DNA of 62,844 nt, filler included. It is 6 parts of 6 records of this genome, joined end to end, with 100 filler letters (N's around TTAATTAATTAA, not from the genome) between each part and the next. Parts side by side here need not be neighbours in the genome. Positions count along the whole stretch, not along the records: positions 44,965 to 51,328 come from SRR31156797_1785; positions 51,429 to 56,744 come from SRR31156797_1787; 4 more parts are not named here. One strand, written 5' to 3'. Shown here in pieces: positions 48,101 through 56,844 of this stretch. The notes under the pieces were generated by a model. It had not been told where the DNA came from, did no database searches, and saw nothing but the letters and a program-made list of their open reading frames with translations. Position 1 is the stretch's first letter. Every line of letters starts with the position of its first letter. The position numbers and the translations under genes were made by a program.

Positions 48101-48112
48101 TTCCAAGGCCAA
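45110..48112 (-). CDS. Receiver-like domains + PPDK_N (ATP-grasp) protein
   Basis: ILFIEDS/VISDV receiver motifs; GGKARGL, LAVRSS.LLED, AGLYKT, VQELIG, SGVAQS, GLGRTVVEG, LQLRP; C-terminal SQGSHFF. Confidence 0.85.
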   Translation of the reverse strand: MALEINHFADDFDPRFKVFHELMRYKVRDILLVSSLYDACIMEEDCRLAERIINEYRGLNLSQPPRLTWVSSAEQALESLEQKHFDLIITMPRLADMDAHDLGENAKKIRPGISIVLLSHSSMAPECRPGAEIAPGIDRFVVWSGNADFLLALIKNVEDSMNVSHDTELAGVRVILFIEDSPIFFSAFLPLLYRSVVGQTQAVLEEGLNEEHRLLTMRARAKIIVAQNYEEAVCLYEQFKPYLLGVISDVSFPRNCELDDNAGIDLLTKFKAEIPDLPLLLTSSEPKNKVRAAGIPASFIDKNSPTLLSEIQSYFLNSLGFGDFVFRKPDGIEVGRAANRRSLEKLLPSVPDESFIYHWSHNDFSRWLFARCEFLLASRLRPVTAEDFSGNVDEMRNYLISNLSARRKWRQKGVVADFDAALFDPDTDFLKIGKGSLGGKARGLAFVSTLLQRNPKLQEKFEKADLLIPHTLVLTTEKFDNFVEANNLVWLAKADMEDDEIASYFVEARLPDDLTADLRAFLSEVNYPLAVRSSGLLEDAQFRAYAGLYKTYMIPNDNADLEKRLDQLVTAIKLVYASTYFKGPKAFARRVGQRTQDEKMAVIVQELIGEQYSGYYYPAISGVAQSHNYYPFDRMKPEEGIATMALGLGRTVVEGGKAVRFSPKYPQIQPQFSSVDDIMSNCQSTFYALGMGGDEIKLGVNEELTLTKREIGEASGEDPVRRLASAYVPAEHRIKDSFMNNGHPVITFNQILKYKTFPLAEILMDALALAQDGMGCPVELEFSVDLAAEKKSKPVFAFLQLRPMTARAELVEVEISEDDVKRSFCYSTQALGNGQSQDITDIVYVRPDTFDSGRTPEIAREIGKINAELLKEGRPYLLIGPGRWGSSDRWLGIPVEWADISGVGAMVETYVPELKPEPSQGSHFFHNVTTLGISYVTVTDKQPDFIDWDWLTGLPAERDTEFLAHVRLDKPFVLKLDGRESQGVMIYDPEGEYSDESDHM

Positions 48113-48495
48113 AGCGTCCCCTTCCTTCCTATGGTTTCCAATAATCTTTCAGTAAATACGCCTACTCTTTTGGAGTCATCTCCACCTTCTTGATATATGA
48201 TACATCAGATTTCAGAAAATGTGTCAACATTTTTTACTTCAATGTCAAATTATTTTTTTCACATTCTCCCTGCGGCATAACATACTATTATCACAAGATA
48301 ATTATTAAGATAGCGTGATCAAAGCATGCAGAATCATCATGGGGTGCGGTAAAAAATTCAGAATTCGGAAAGACAAAATCAAAGTGCAAAAAGAACTGGT
48401 ATCAAATACATCTACTTAATACGCCAATGTTACGTTTTTTAAGAATTTACTTGACAGTTCCTATCACTGCCTCTAACTATAATTTAAAATTTCTG

Positions 48496-48605
48496 CCTGT
48501 CGGGAGCCCGGATGCACCGGGCTGAGAGGGACCTTGCTGGAAAGCGGTGGGTCCGACCGTTGAACCTGACCCGGATAATGCCGGTGGAGGAAAGAATGGC
48601 ACAGG
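48496..48605 (+). ncRNA. TPP riboswitch
   Basis: GGGAGC..GCTGAGAG..GACCGTTGAACCTGACCCGGATAATGCCGG.GGAGGAAAG directly upstream of thiB. Confidence 0.92.
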
Positions 48606-48607
48606 TC

Positions 48608-48641
48608 AAGCCGCCCTCCGCATGGTCGGCTTTTTTGTTTT
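48608..48641 (+). terminator. Riboswitch expression-platform terminator
   Basis: AAGCCG...CGGCTTTTTTGTTTT. Confidence 0.65.
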
Positions 48642-48701
48642 ACTATCATTATTGTCTAGCGGCGGTATGTATTCAAGACCGTCAAGCCAAAGGAGACTTT
48701 T

Positions 48702-49745
48702 ATGAAGCTGAAATCTCTCTTTTTTATATTATTAATATTTCTTTTTTTAACCGGATGCGGCGATTCCACGTCCGAGCCCGCGATAGTGACGGTCATGACC
48801 CACGACAGCTTCAACATCAGCAAGGACCTGGTCTCATCCTTTGAAAAGGAAAACAAGATCACGGTCAAGTTCCTTAAAAGCGGAGACGCCGGCGCCGCCC
48901 TCAACCAGGCTATTCTTTCCAAGGAAAATCCCCTGGCCGACGTTTTTTTCGGTGTGGACAACACCTTTCTCAGCCGGGCGCTCAAAGCCGATATCTTTGA
49001 GAAATACGATTCCCCACAGCTGCCCAAGTTGAGAGACGACTTAAAACTCGATCCTGAAAACAGATTGCTTCCGGTCGATTTCGGCGATGTTTGCCTCAAT
49101 TACCACAAGCAGTGGTTTACGGAAAAAGGCCTGGCCCCGCCCGCAAGCCTGGAAGATCTGATAAAACCCGAATACAAGGGCTTGACTGTTGTGGAAAACC
49201 CGGCCACATCTTCTCCGGGCCTGGCCTTTCTCCTGGCCACCATAGGGCATTTTGGAGAAGACGGGTATCTTGACTACTGGAAAAAGCTGCGTGAAAACGA
49301 CGTTCTGGTGGCGGCCGGTTGGGAAGACGCATACTACGGTCATTTTACCAGCGCTTCCAAGGGCGACAGGCCAATAGTCGTCAGCTACGCCAGCAGCCCG
49401 CCGGCTGAAGTTCATTTTGCCGAACAAAAGCCCAAGGAAGCTCCGACCGCCGCGGTTCTGAGCGAAGGGGCCGCTTTTCGCCAGGTTGAATTCGTCGGCG
49501 TTCTTAAAGGAACCAAAAATCCTGAAGCCGCCCGGAAAATAGTGGATTGGATGTTAGGAACCAGGTTCCAGGAAGACATCCCGTTACAGATGTTTGTCTT
49601 TCCGGCCAACAAGGACGCGGCCCTGCCCAAAGTTTTTGTCGAACACGCCAAAATCGCCGAAAATCCGGCCAGTGTACCGGCTGAAGATATATCCGCCAAC
49701 CGTGAAAAGTGGATAGAAGCCTGGACCGAAACAGTTTTGAGGTGA
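48702..49745 (+). CDS. thiB: Thiamine ABC transporter substrate-binding lipoprotein
   Basis: Lipobox LTGC, THDSF, ENPATSSPGLAFL, VVSYASSP, FRQVEF; downstream of TPP riboswitch. Confidence 0.93.
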   Translation: MKLKSLFFILLIFLFLTGCGDSTSEPAIVTVMTHDSFNISKDLVSSFEKENKITVKFLKSGDAGAALNQAILSKENPLADVFFGVDNTFLSRALKADIFEKYDSPQLPKLRDDLKLDPENRLLPVDFGDVCLNYHKQWFTEKGLAPPASLEDLIKPEYKGLTVVENPATSSPGLAFLLATIGHFGEDGYLDYWKKLRENDVLVAAGWEDAYYGHFTSASKGDRPIVVSYASSPPAEVHFAEQKPKEAPTAAVLSEGAAFRQVEFVGVLKGTKNPEAARKIVDWMLGTRFQEDIPLQMFVFPANKDAALPKVFVEHAKIAENPASVPAEDISANREKWIEAWTETVLR

Positions 49746-51328
49746 AAACCGACTTTAAAAATATCCGGTTCTTAATTGCCGCGCCTCCCCTGGTTTTTCT
49801 GGCCGTCTTCTACTTCTACCCATTGGCCGTAATATTCGTGCAGAGTTTTCTGCCCGAAGGCCGATGGAACCCGGGGAGCCTCGGCAAGCTGGTATCAACC
49901 GGCTTTTATATCCGCACGCTCTGGTTTACATTCTGGCAGGCCGCCGTTTCAACCATCCTGACCTTAATACTGGCCTTGCCCGCGGCATATGTTTTTGCAA
50001 AATACCGCTTTCCCGGAAAAAAGCTGCTCCAGTCCATGACGACAGTGCCGTTTGTACTACCCACGGTCGTAGTGGCCGCCGCCTTCCGAGCCCTCCTGGG
50101 ACATCACGGGCTCGTCAACACCTGGCTTTCCGAAAAATGGGGGTTGATTCCGCCGATAGAAATTGATCAGACCGTATGGTTTTTCCTCCTGGCCCATGTT
50201 TTTTACAACTACACTCTCGTGCTTCGCATAGTGGGCGGCTTCTGGAGCAACATGTCCCCCGGCCTGGCCGAAGCCGCCCGGATGCTCGGCGCTTCCGGCT
50301 ATAAAGCATTCCGCAAAATTACGCTGCCCCTGCTCTTGCCGGCCATTCTGGCGGCGTCGCTCCTTGTGTTTATATTCTGCTTTACCAGTTTCGGCGTCAT
50401 CCTGATTTTAGGCGGACAAAAATTCGCCACAATTGAAGTGGAAATCTACCGCCAGGCAGTCAACCTTTTTAATTTGCCCATGGCCGCGGCCCTGTCCATG
50501 GTTCAAATACTGTTCACTTTCGCGCTCATGTGGGTGTACACCTGGCTGGGCCGGAAAACTTCGGTGACGCTTTATCCCGAAGCCGCGTCATTGACCCAGA
50601 AAGAACCTGTTTCGTTAAGCGACAAAGCAGTTGTCGGAGGGAACATATTATTAATGACCGTTCTACTGGGCCTGCCGCTTTTCGCCCTCATTGTCAGGTC
50701 TTTTTCAACAGAGGGAGGTATGTCGCTTCTCTATTACCAGGCTCTTTTCGAAAACGCGGCCCAATCATTCTTCTTTGTCCCTCCGATCAAGGCAATCGCC
50801 AATTCTCTCGGCATTGCCGGAGCAACAACACTCATGGCCCTTTTACTTGGATTATGCGCGTCAGTATTCCTGGCTTCGCCCAAGGCGCGCTTTTCATCCC
50901 TTCTGGATCCTATTTTCATGCTGCCGCTTTCAACTTCCGCCGTAACCCTGGGCTTCGGTTTCATCCTGGCCCTGGACGAACCGCCCCTTAACCTGAGAAC
51001 TTCCCTGGCCCTGGTCCCTCTGGCCCACACGCTCGTGGCTTTTCCGTTCGTTGTCCGCAGCATATTGCCAGCCCTCCGGGGCGTCCCCTCAAGCCTGCGG
51101 GAAGCAGCCGCCATGTTGGGGGCCGATCCCTGGCAGGTCTGGCGGAACGTGGATCTGCCCATAATCGGCAGGGCCGTGTTGGTCGGCGCTGTTTTCGCTT
51201 TTTCCATCAGCATGGGGGAATTCGGCGCCACGGCTTTTGTGGCCAGGCCCCAAACTCCGACTATTCCGGTAGCCATTTTCCGTTTTCTCGGACAGCCCGG
51301 CGCCATGAATTACGGCCAGGCCATGGCC
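49742..51328 (+). CDS. thiP: Thiamine ABC permease, truncated by the contig end
   Basis: FTFWQA, two EAA loops (EAARMLGA, EAAAMLGA), SMGEFGA; GTGA overlap with thiB. Confidence 0.9.
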
Positions 51329-51428
51329 NNNNNNNNNNNNNNNNNNNNNNNNNNNNNNNNNNNNNNNNNNNNTTAATTAATTAANNNNNNNNNNNNNNNN
51401 NNNNNNNNNNNNNNNNNNNNNNNNNNNN
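51329..51428. other. Artificial contig spacer
   Basis: N-TTAATTAATTAA-N. Confidence 0.99.
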
Positions 51429-51882
51429 ATAAGGCGGAAGAAAACAATGTCGGGGTCCCCCTGCCCCCTTTATGAACCGGAATGCAGATTTCCTTGTCCG
51501 AGTCAGCCCAGGCGTCAATAAGGCGGTTTATTATTTCAGGAAAAATGAAAGGTTGGTCGCCAAGCAGGAACATAGCCGCACTGCAGTCACTTTTTACCAC
51601 GTTTAGTCCCTTTTTCAGAGAAGATGACTGGCCTTCCTTGTATTCACGGTTTATCACTATTTCCAGGCGAGTTTTTTCTTTGTATTCCAGGCCGGCCGCC
51701 GCTTTTTCAGCTTCATAACCAAGAACCAATACTACGCGATCCAGCCTGGACTCAAGAGCGGACTGAACAACCATATCCAACATAGTTCGGCCGTTAATAC
51801 GCATAAGCTGCTTGGGCGACCCCATACGGCTGGATGCGCCCGCAGCCAGGATAATCCCGGCTACAGAAGGATTCCCGGTCAC
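51429..51882 (-). CDS. MocA/YgfJ-like molybdenum cofactor cytidylyltransferase, truncated
   Basis: IILAAGASSRMGSPKQL, GQSSSL, LGDQP. Confidence 0.88.
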
Positions 51883-52694
51883 CTTTCGCCCCTGAATGAA
51901 TGAATTTCCAATGGGCGTTTTGGATTTTTCAATGCGCCGAGAATCGCCATGTCCAATTTATTCGACTCGCCCCCGGCAAGTATTCCGCATATACGCCGCC
52001 CCTTTTCAGTTAATTCCTGGTTGTCGGCCTGGTTGAGGAAAACGATTCGCCGGGCCGACTGCGGTGCACCCTTGAATAAGCCTTTCTCATGCATCAATAT
52101 AGCTGCGATCGCTTCTTCAGTGACCGGCGATCCGATTTCCAAGCCGGTGATGCCGGAAAACAATTGAGAGCGAAAAACATGTTCTTCATCAAGCGGCCGG
52201 TCGACAGCCGTAAGGCCGACGACCGCCACAACAACCGTGCTGCAGTCAGGTATGACCGGTTCATGATCCGCCGGCGCCTTTAAAGGCATCATCCTGGCGC
52301 CGTCCGCTTCCACAAGCAGCCAGTCAAATTCATTGGCCTGCCGAATAAGCTCTATAGTTTCAGGATTATAGCCCACAAGCTTGCCTTTTTCCTCATCGTA
52401 CAATGCCGCAGCGGTCATATGACGGCATGCGGGTTCGTAACGTCTAAAGACGGCGCCGATTTCCTCAATATCGGGCGACACGTGGACTACCGAGGATTGT
52501 TCGGGAGTCGGCCAAAATATTTTGGTTGTGGTCGTGCTAAGAACCTTGCAACCATCCTGAGCCAGCTCACGGGCCAGTCGAAACATTAAGGAGGTCTTCC
52601 CTCCCCCGCCCACCAGACTTAATACGCCTCGGGATTCCAGCCCCAGGGCCTGCGCCGGACTTTTCTTTTCTTCAACTTTTTCCGTATTTGACAT
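51879..52694 (-). CDS. yqeC: Selenium-dependent molybdenum hydroxylase accessory protein YqeC
   Basis: LVGGGGKTSLM, STTTTKI, LVEADGA..MPLKAPADHEPVIP, GLFKGAP, FLNQAD. Confidence 0.9.
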   Translation of the reverse strand: MSNTEKVEEKKSPAQALGLESRGVLSLVGGGGKTSLMFRLARELAQDGCKVLSTTTTKIFWPTPEQSSVVHVSPDIEEIGAVFRRYEPACRHMTAAALYDEEKGKLVGYNPETIELIRQANEFDWLLVEADGARMMPLKAPADHEPVIPDCSTVVVAVVGLTAVDRPLDEEHVFRSQLFSGITGLEIGSPVTEEAIAAILMHEKGLFKGAPQSARRIVFLNQADNQELTEKGRRICGILAGGESNKLDMAILGALKNPKRPLEIHSFRGER

Positions 52695-52859
52695 GTCATC
52701 GCTTCCATTCGAACAATCGGCTTGATTGCAATTCGGCTATTATAGCTCTGGCCGGCAGGGTTTGTAAAACTTTTAGCCAGTCGAACGCCTGGAAACCCGT
52801 CGTAGTTTACTTAACGCCATTCGGTCAGCCAGGCAATCGAGGGCCTTACGAAAAAAAAC

Positions 52860-52887
52860 TTGACACTAAAAACCTGAGGTATAAAAT
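52860..52887 (+). promoter_or_regulatory. sigma70 promoter candidate for the tetR-OYE operon
   Basis: TTGACA-N16-TAAAAT, about 280 nt upstream of tetR. Confidence 0.55.
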
Positions 52888-53168
52888 AGTATTAAGCAAA
52901 TCACTGAAATTCAATCTCTCAAATATTAATATTGTCGTATTTTCAAATTGTTATTGATCCTATTGTCATTAGGGGCTTCTTGATCGATTAATATCGGGCT
53001 TTTGGAAAAATCCATTTGAATCCTTTTGTCCCGGCCGCTTTTCGACTCGTGTTTAGTCCATTTTTAGATCGATTAGGCAATGATTGTGCAACGATCACAT
53101 TTCCAATTTGGAATCAGACAAATTATTACATAAACATTTCAACATGTTGATTCAGGAGATATCGCTCA

Positions 53169-53801
53169 TTGGGCAGTAATAAAAAAAATGGAAACACCAG
53201 GGAACGGATAATTGATTCTGCCAGGCAGCTCTTTGCCGAAAACGGTTACCAAAAAACCACGATAGTGGATATTTCAAGGCTGGCCGGAGTATCCGAGGCG
53301 GCCTTGTATGAATATTTTAAGGGCAAGGAGGACTTGCTTCAAACCATCCCGCAGTTGTGGGCTCTGGAATTGTTGAACGACCTTGAAGACCAGCTGTTCG
53401 GCATTAAAGGCGCTTTTAACAAGTTGAGAAAATACCTGTGGTGGAACCTTCGCCGCATCGAAGAATCGCCTCTCAACGCCAAGATCGTTTATTTGCATTT
53501 GAAAACCAATGCCGGTTTCATGGAAACGGACGTGTTTCAAACCGTAAAAAAGCTCTACGCCTACCTGGTTGATATTATAGAAGAAGGCAAGGCTTCCGGT
53601 GAAATAAAGCCGGACCTGGATGTATATGTCGCCCGGAATATTTTTATCGGGGCCATGGATTACATTGTCACCCGCTGGCTTTTGCGGGACATGTCCTACA
53701 GTTTGTTTGACAAACTTGAAGAAACGTTTGATCTGTTGGTGGACGCCTTTGCCAATCGAAGCGAATCAAATGGACGGGGGACGGTCGAACCTGGATCGTA
53801 G
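53169..53801 (+). CDS. TetR/AcrR-family regulator
   Basis: RIIDSARQLFAENGY..TT..DI...AGVSEAALYEYFKGKEDL; CAGGAG RBS with TTG start. Confidence 0.93.
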   Translation: MGSNKKNGNTRERIIDSARQLFAENGYQKTTIVDISRLAGVSEAALYEYFKGKEDLLQTIPQLWALELLNDLEDQLFGIKGAFNKLRKYLWWNLRRIEESPLNAKIVYLHLKTNAGFMETDVFQTVKKLYAYLVDIIEEGKASGEIKPDLDVYVARNIFIGAMDYIVTRWLLRDMSYSLFDKLEETFDLLVDAFANRSESNGRGTVEPGS

Positions 53802-53940
53802 ACATAACCGAATCGCCCTGCCCCGTCCCACGTTGGCAGCTCCATCGACCGCCCCGGCCGCTGAAAGCGGTGCGGATCAATTGCGGACCCAATGCTTATT
53901 AACATTGAAGGCAATATTGATATCAGGGGAGGTAGATTAA

Positions 53941-55932
53941 ATGGCCAAAGTTCTTTTCGAATGGGATTACTCTTCCTACCCGGGAGCCCAAAAGTATCCC
54001 AACCTGTTTAAACCCATTCAAATCGGAAACATTCTCGTACCCAACCGAATCAAGTATGCCGCCACTGAAGAAAACCTTAACGACCTTAACGGCTTTATCA
54101 CGGACGCGGGCACGGCGTATATGAGATCCAGGGCCGAAGGCGTGGTCGGCGGCCTGTGTTTCATGCAAGGCGTTTACATGGACGAAACCGGGAAGGGCCA
54201 GGGTTATGTCGGGCAGGCCGCGGCCTGGGATGACAAATTCATTCCCGGCCTTAAGCGGATAGCCGACGCCATTCACGAGGAAAGGGCCGTGGCCGGCTTT
54301 CAGCTCATGGACTGCGGCCGGGTCGGGGCCGTGGAAGCGCCTTACGGGCACGGCCCGTCCACTGTGCCCCAGCGGCTCAGGATATTTAAGCCCATGTATG
54401 AAATGAGCGTGGCTGAAATCGAGGAAATGGTCCGGCAGCATGCGGATGCGGCCAGGCGCGGGGCTGAAGCCGGGTTCGATGTTATGGAAATATCCGGCAT
54501 TGTAGGCTATTTAATATCCAATTTTATATCCAGCTACACCAACAGGCGCACGGATAAGTACGGCGGAGACATCCGTGGACGCATGCAGGCGGTGGTGGAA
54601 ATTATCCAGGCAGTCAATGAGGCGGTCGGACCTGACATCCCGGTGGGCATCCGCCTTTGCGCCGAAGAGCTTCTGGACGACGTGCGGGGCAATACGCCGG
54701 AAGAATCCATGCAGTCCTATGTAATATCCGAGGAGGCCGGCGTTGATTACATCAGCGTCACAGCCGGGTGGCAGGAATCCATTGTTCCTGTTATCAGCCG
54801 CGACGTGCCCATGGGGTCGTGGCTGCACCTGGCCAAGCGGGCCAAGGAGCACGTCAAGGTCCCCATCCAGATGGCCTATCGCCTGTTTGTCCCCGAGTTG
54901 CCCGACAAGGCTATTGCGGACAACGAACTGGATATTTGGGAAATTTGCCGTTCCATGATCGCCGACCCGCTCATGCCCAAAAAGGTGCTGGAAGACCGCC
55001 AGGAGGAAGTCCGCCACTGCGTGGCCTGTAACCTGTGCCTGGCCCGTCTTTTCCGGGACGCTCCCATGACCTGTTACATCAATCCCTTGTGCGCTCACGA
55101 ACACGACGAAAGGTTCTATCCCCATCCTGTATCCGAAGACGACAGGAAGGAAGTTATGATTGTCGGCGCCGGACCGGCCGGCATGGAATGCGCTTACACA
55201 GCCGCCCAAAGGGGGCACGAAGTCCATGTTTATGACAAGAATGAAGAATTGGGGGGCTCGCTTCTTGAAGCTTCCAAGGCGCCGTACGGGGACGATGAAC
55301 TGATGACCTGCGTGGCCTATCAGAAAACCATGTGCGAGAAATACGGCGTTGAATTTCACCTGGGCGAGGAAGTAACCGGTGAAATGATCGAGGACGCCAT
55401 GCCCGATACGGTTGTATTGGCCACTGGACCTGCCTACCCCGCCATACCCTGTTCCGATCCTGACGACAAAAGGATTGTCAACGTGCTGGACGTTCTGGGC
55501 GGCCGGGCCGAAGTCGGCGAAAAGATAGTCATCTGGGGCAATCGGAAGCCCGGCATCGGCGCGGCCCTTCATCTGGCCAAGCAGGGAAAGAAAGTCACGA
55601 TTGTGGGCAAGGAAAAATCGGCCGGTTTTGACGTAAATCCGTCCTTCAAATGGCGTTACATGATTTACCTTCGCCAAAACAAGGTCAATGCATACAACGG
55701 ATGCGACATAGTGGAAATAAACGATGACGGGGTCCTGGTCAGAACTTATGACGGTTATCACTTCCCTGTAGCATGCGACACCATTATTCTTACCGACCGC
55801 GCAGCCAATGAAAATCTCAAGAACGTGGTGCAGGGCGAAGGCATAGAGTTGTTCGTGGTCGGCGATGCATTGGTTCCGCGCAACCTTTCCAGCGCGGTTC
55901 ATGACGGTTACAGAATTGGAATAAGGATATAA
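53941..55932 (+). CDS. Old-yellow-enzyme family FMN/FAD/[4Fe-4S] oxidoreductase (FadH/NCR-like)
   Basis: LFKPIQIG..VPNRI, EISGIVGYLISNF, NRRTDKYGG, CVACNLC..C cluster motif, GAGPAG. Confidence 0.92.
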   Translation: MAKVLFEWDYSSYPGAQKYPNLFKPIQIGNILVPNRIKYAATEENLNDLNGFITDAGTAYMRSRAEGVVGGLCFMQGVYMDETGKGQGYVGQAAAWDDKFIPGLKRIADAIHEERAVAGFQLMDCGRVGAVEAPYGHGPSTVPQRLRIFKPMYEMSVAEIEEMVRQHADAARRGAEAGFDVMEISGIVGYLISNFISSYTNRRTDKYGGDIRGRMQAVVEIIQAVNEAVGPDIPVGIRLCAEELLDDVRGNTPEESMQSYVISEEAGVDYISVTAGWQESIVPVISRDVPMGSWLHLAKRAKEHVKVPIQMAYRLFVPELPDKAIADNELDIWEICRSMIADPLMPKKVLEDRQEEVRHCVACNLCLARLFRDAPMTCYINPLCAHEHDERFYPHPVSEDDRKEVMIVGAGPAGMECAYTAAQRGHEVHVYDKNEELGGSLLEASKAPYGDDELMTCVAYQKTMCEKYGVEFHLGEEVTGEMIEDAMPDTVVLATGPAYPAIPCSDPDDKRIVNVLDVLGGRAEVGEKIVIWGNRKPGIGAALHLAKQGKKVTIVGKEKSAGFDVNPSFKWRYMIYLRQNKVNAYNGCDIVEINDDGVLVRTYDGYHFPVACDTIILTDRAANENLKNVVQGEGIELFVVGDALVPRNLSSAVHDGYRIGIRI

Positions 55933-55950
55933 GGTCCGGGAGGTTTAGAC

Positions 55951-56478
55951 ATGCCTTTTGATGCGGAAAAAGAAATCAACAGGATGTGGAGACATCTTCA
56001 GGGCGCCCAGGCCGAAATAGGCAAGGCGTACATGAGATGGCGTCAGGCCGCCCTGGAAATTGCCGGAGACGGCGCCGACCCTCTCGAAGTCAGTTTAAAA
56101 GCGGCCGAAGTCGCGGGCCTCGAGATAGGCAAAAATATGCTCCCCCGGCTCAACTGGTTGAAAGGTGAAGAAGTCTGGCTGAAGACAATGGCCGGACAGC
56201 TGGCCGGCATCTGGACCACTCAGGGTGCTGTCGTCACGGTGGAAAAAGGGGAATCCCCTCTGGAGATATTTATAAAATGGGAAAGATGCCCATGGCCCAC
56301 GTACGCCAAGGAATACGACGTTTCCATGGAAGAAGACGTGCTGTGCTGCGACTGTATCCTTAAATCGGCCCTCACTGACGTCAACGCCTTTTTCAACGTC
56401 AATTACGAAATAGAAACGTTGAAAGCCATTCCCCGCGGCCAGGGCGTTTGCCTTAGAAGACTTTACAAAGCTGAATAA
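55951..56478 (+). CDS. V4R/ATC-hydrolase-like small ligand-binding protein
   Basis: Helical N-half, then RCPW...LCCDC...G.GVC pattern; GGGAGG RBS. Confidence 0.6.
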   Translation: MPFDAEKEINRMWRHLQGAQAEIGKAYMRWRQAALEIAGDGADPLEVSLKAAEVAGLEIGKNMLPRLNWLKGEEVWLKTMAGQLAGIWTTQGAVVTVEKGESPLEIFIKWERCPWPTYAKEYDVSMEEDVLCCDCILKSALTDVNAFFNVNYEIETLKAIPRGQGVCLRRLYKAE

Positions 56479-56493
56479 CGGGAGGTTTTAAAA

Positions 56494-56700
56494 ATGGCGG
56501 CTCAGATTGACTATGAAAAGTGCAATATGTGCGGCGGAACCTCTCAGCCTTTGTGCATAGAGGTCTGCCCCGACCAGGCCATAAGGGTTCAGGACGGCCG
56601 TGTCGTGGTTACGGAATTTATTTGCGAGGACTGCAACGAATGCGGCTGCGTCTGCCCTGACGAGGCCATAACCGTGCCACTGGAGAAAGTAACATTTTAA
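56494..56700 (+). CDS. 2x[4Fe-4S] ferredoxin
   Basis: CNMC.......CIEVCP and CEDCNECGCVCP; GGGAGG RBS. Confidence 0.92.
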   Translation: MAAQIDYEKCNMCGGTSQPLCIEVCPDQAIRVQDGRVVVTEFICEDCNECGCVCPDEAITVPLEKVTF

Positions 56701-56744
56701 CTAGTGTCTGCCCGGAAATGGTTATTTTTCCCAATCTCTTTGTC

Positions 56745-56844
56745 NNNNNNNNNNNNNNNNNNNNNNNNNNNNNNNNNNNNNNNNNNNNTTAATTAATTAA
56801 NNNNNNNNNNNNNNNNNNNNNNNNNNNNNNNNNNNNNNNNNNNN
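56745..56844. other. Artificial contig spacer
   Basis: N-TTAATTAATTAA-N. Confidence 0.99.

Noticed and set aside
48451-48483. Perfect sigma70 promoter (TTGACA...TATAAT) before the TPP riboswitch
   Set aside because: The two hexamers are 21 bp apart; a promoter is likely here but the exact -10 cannot be assigned
35169-51328. A thiamine-salvage cluster (THI5 ABC system plus TPP riboswitch-thiBP)
   Set aside because: The two parts lie on different contigs from apparently different phyla
54511-55902. 463-aa antisense ORF
   Set aside because: Shadow of the OYE gene caused by codon bias; no motifs
56701-56744. End of a mobile or MITE-like element after the ferredoxin gene
   Set aside because: Only 44 nt remain before the contig break, with no second end or transposase to support it
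25693-56844. Repeated TTAATTAATTAA flanked by N runs as a biological repeat or CRISPR array
   Set aside because: These are identical 100-nt assembly spacers; composition and gene content change across each one. ORFs running into X residues are artefacts
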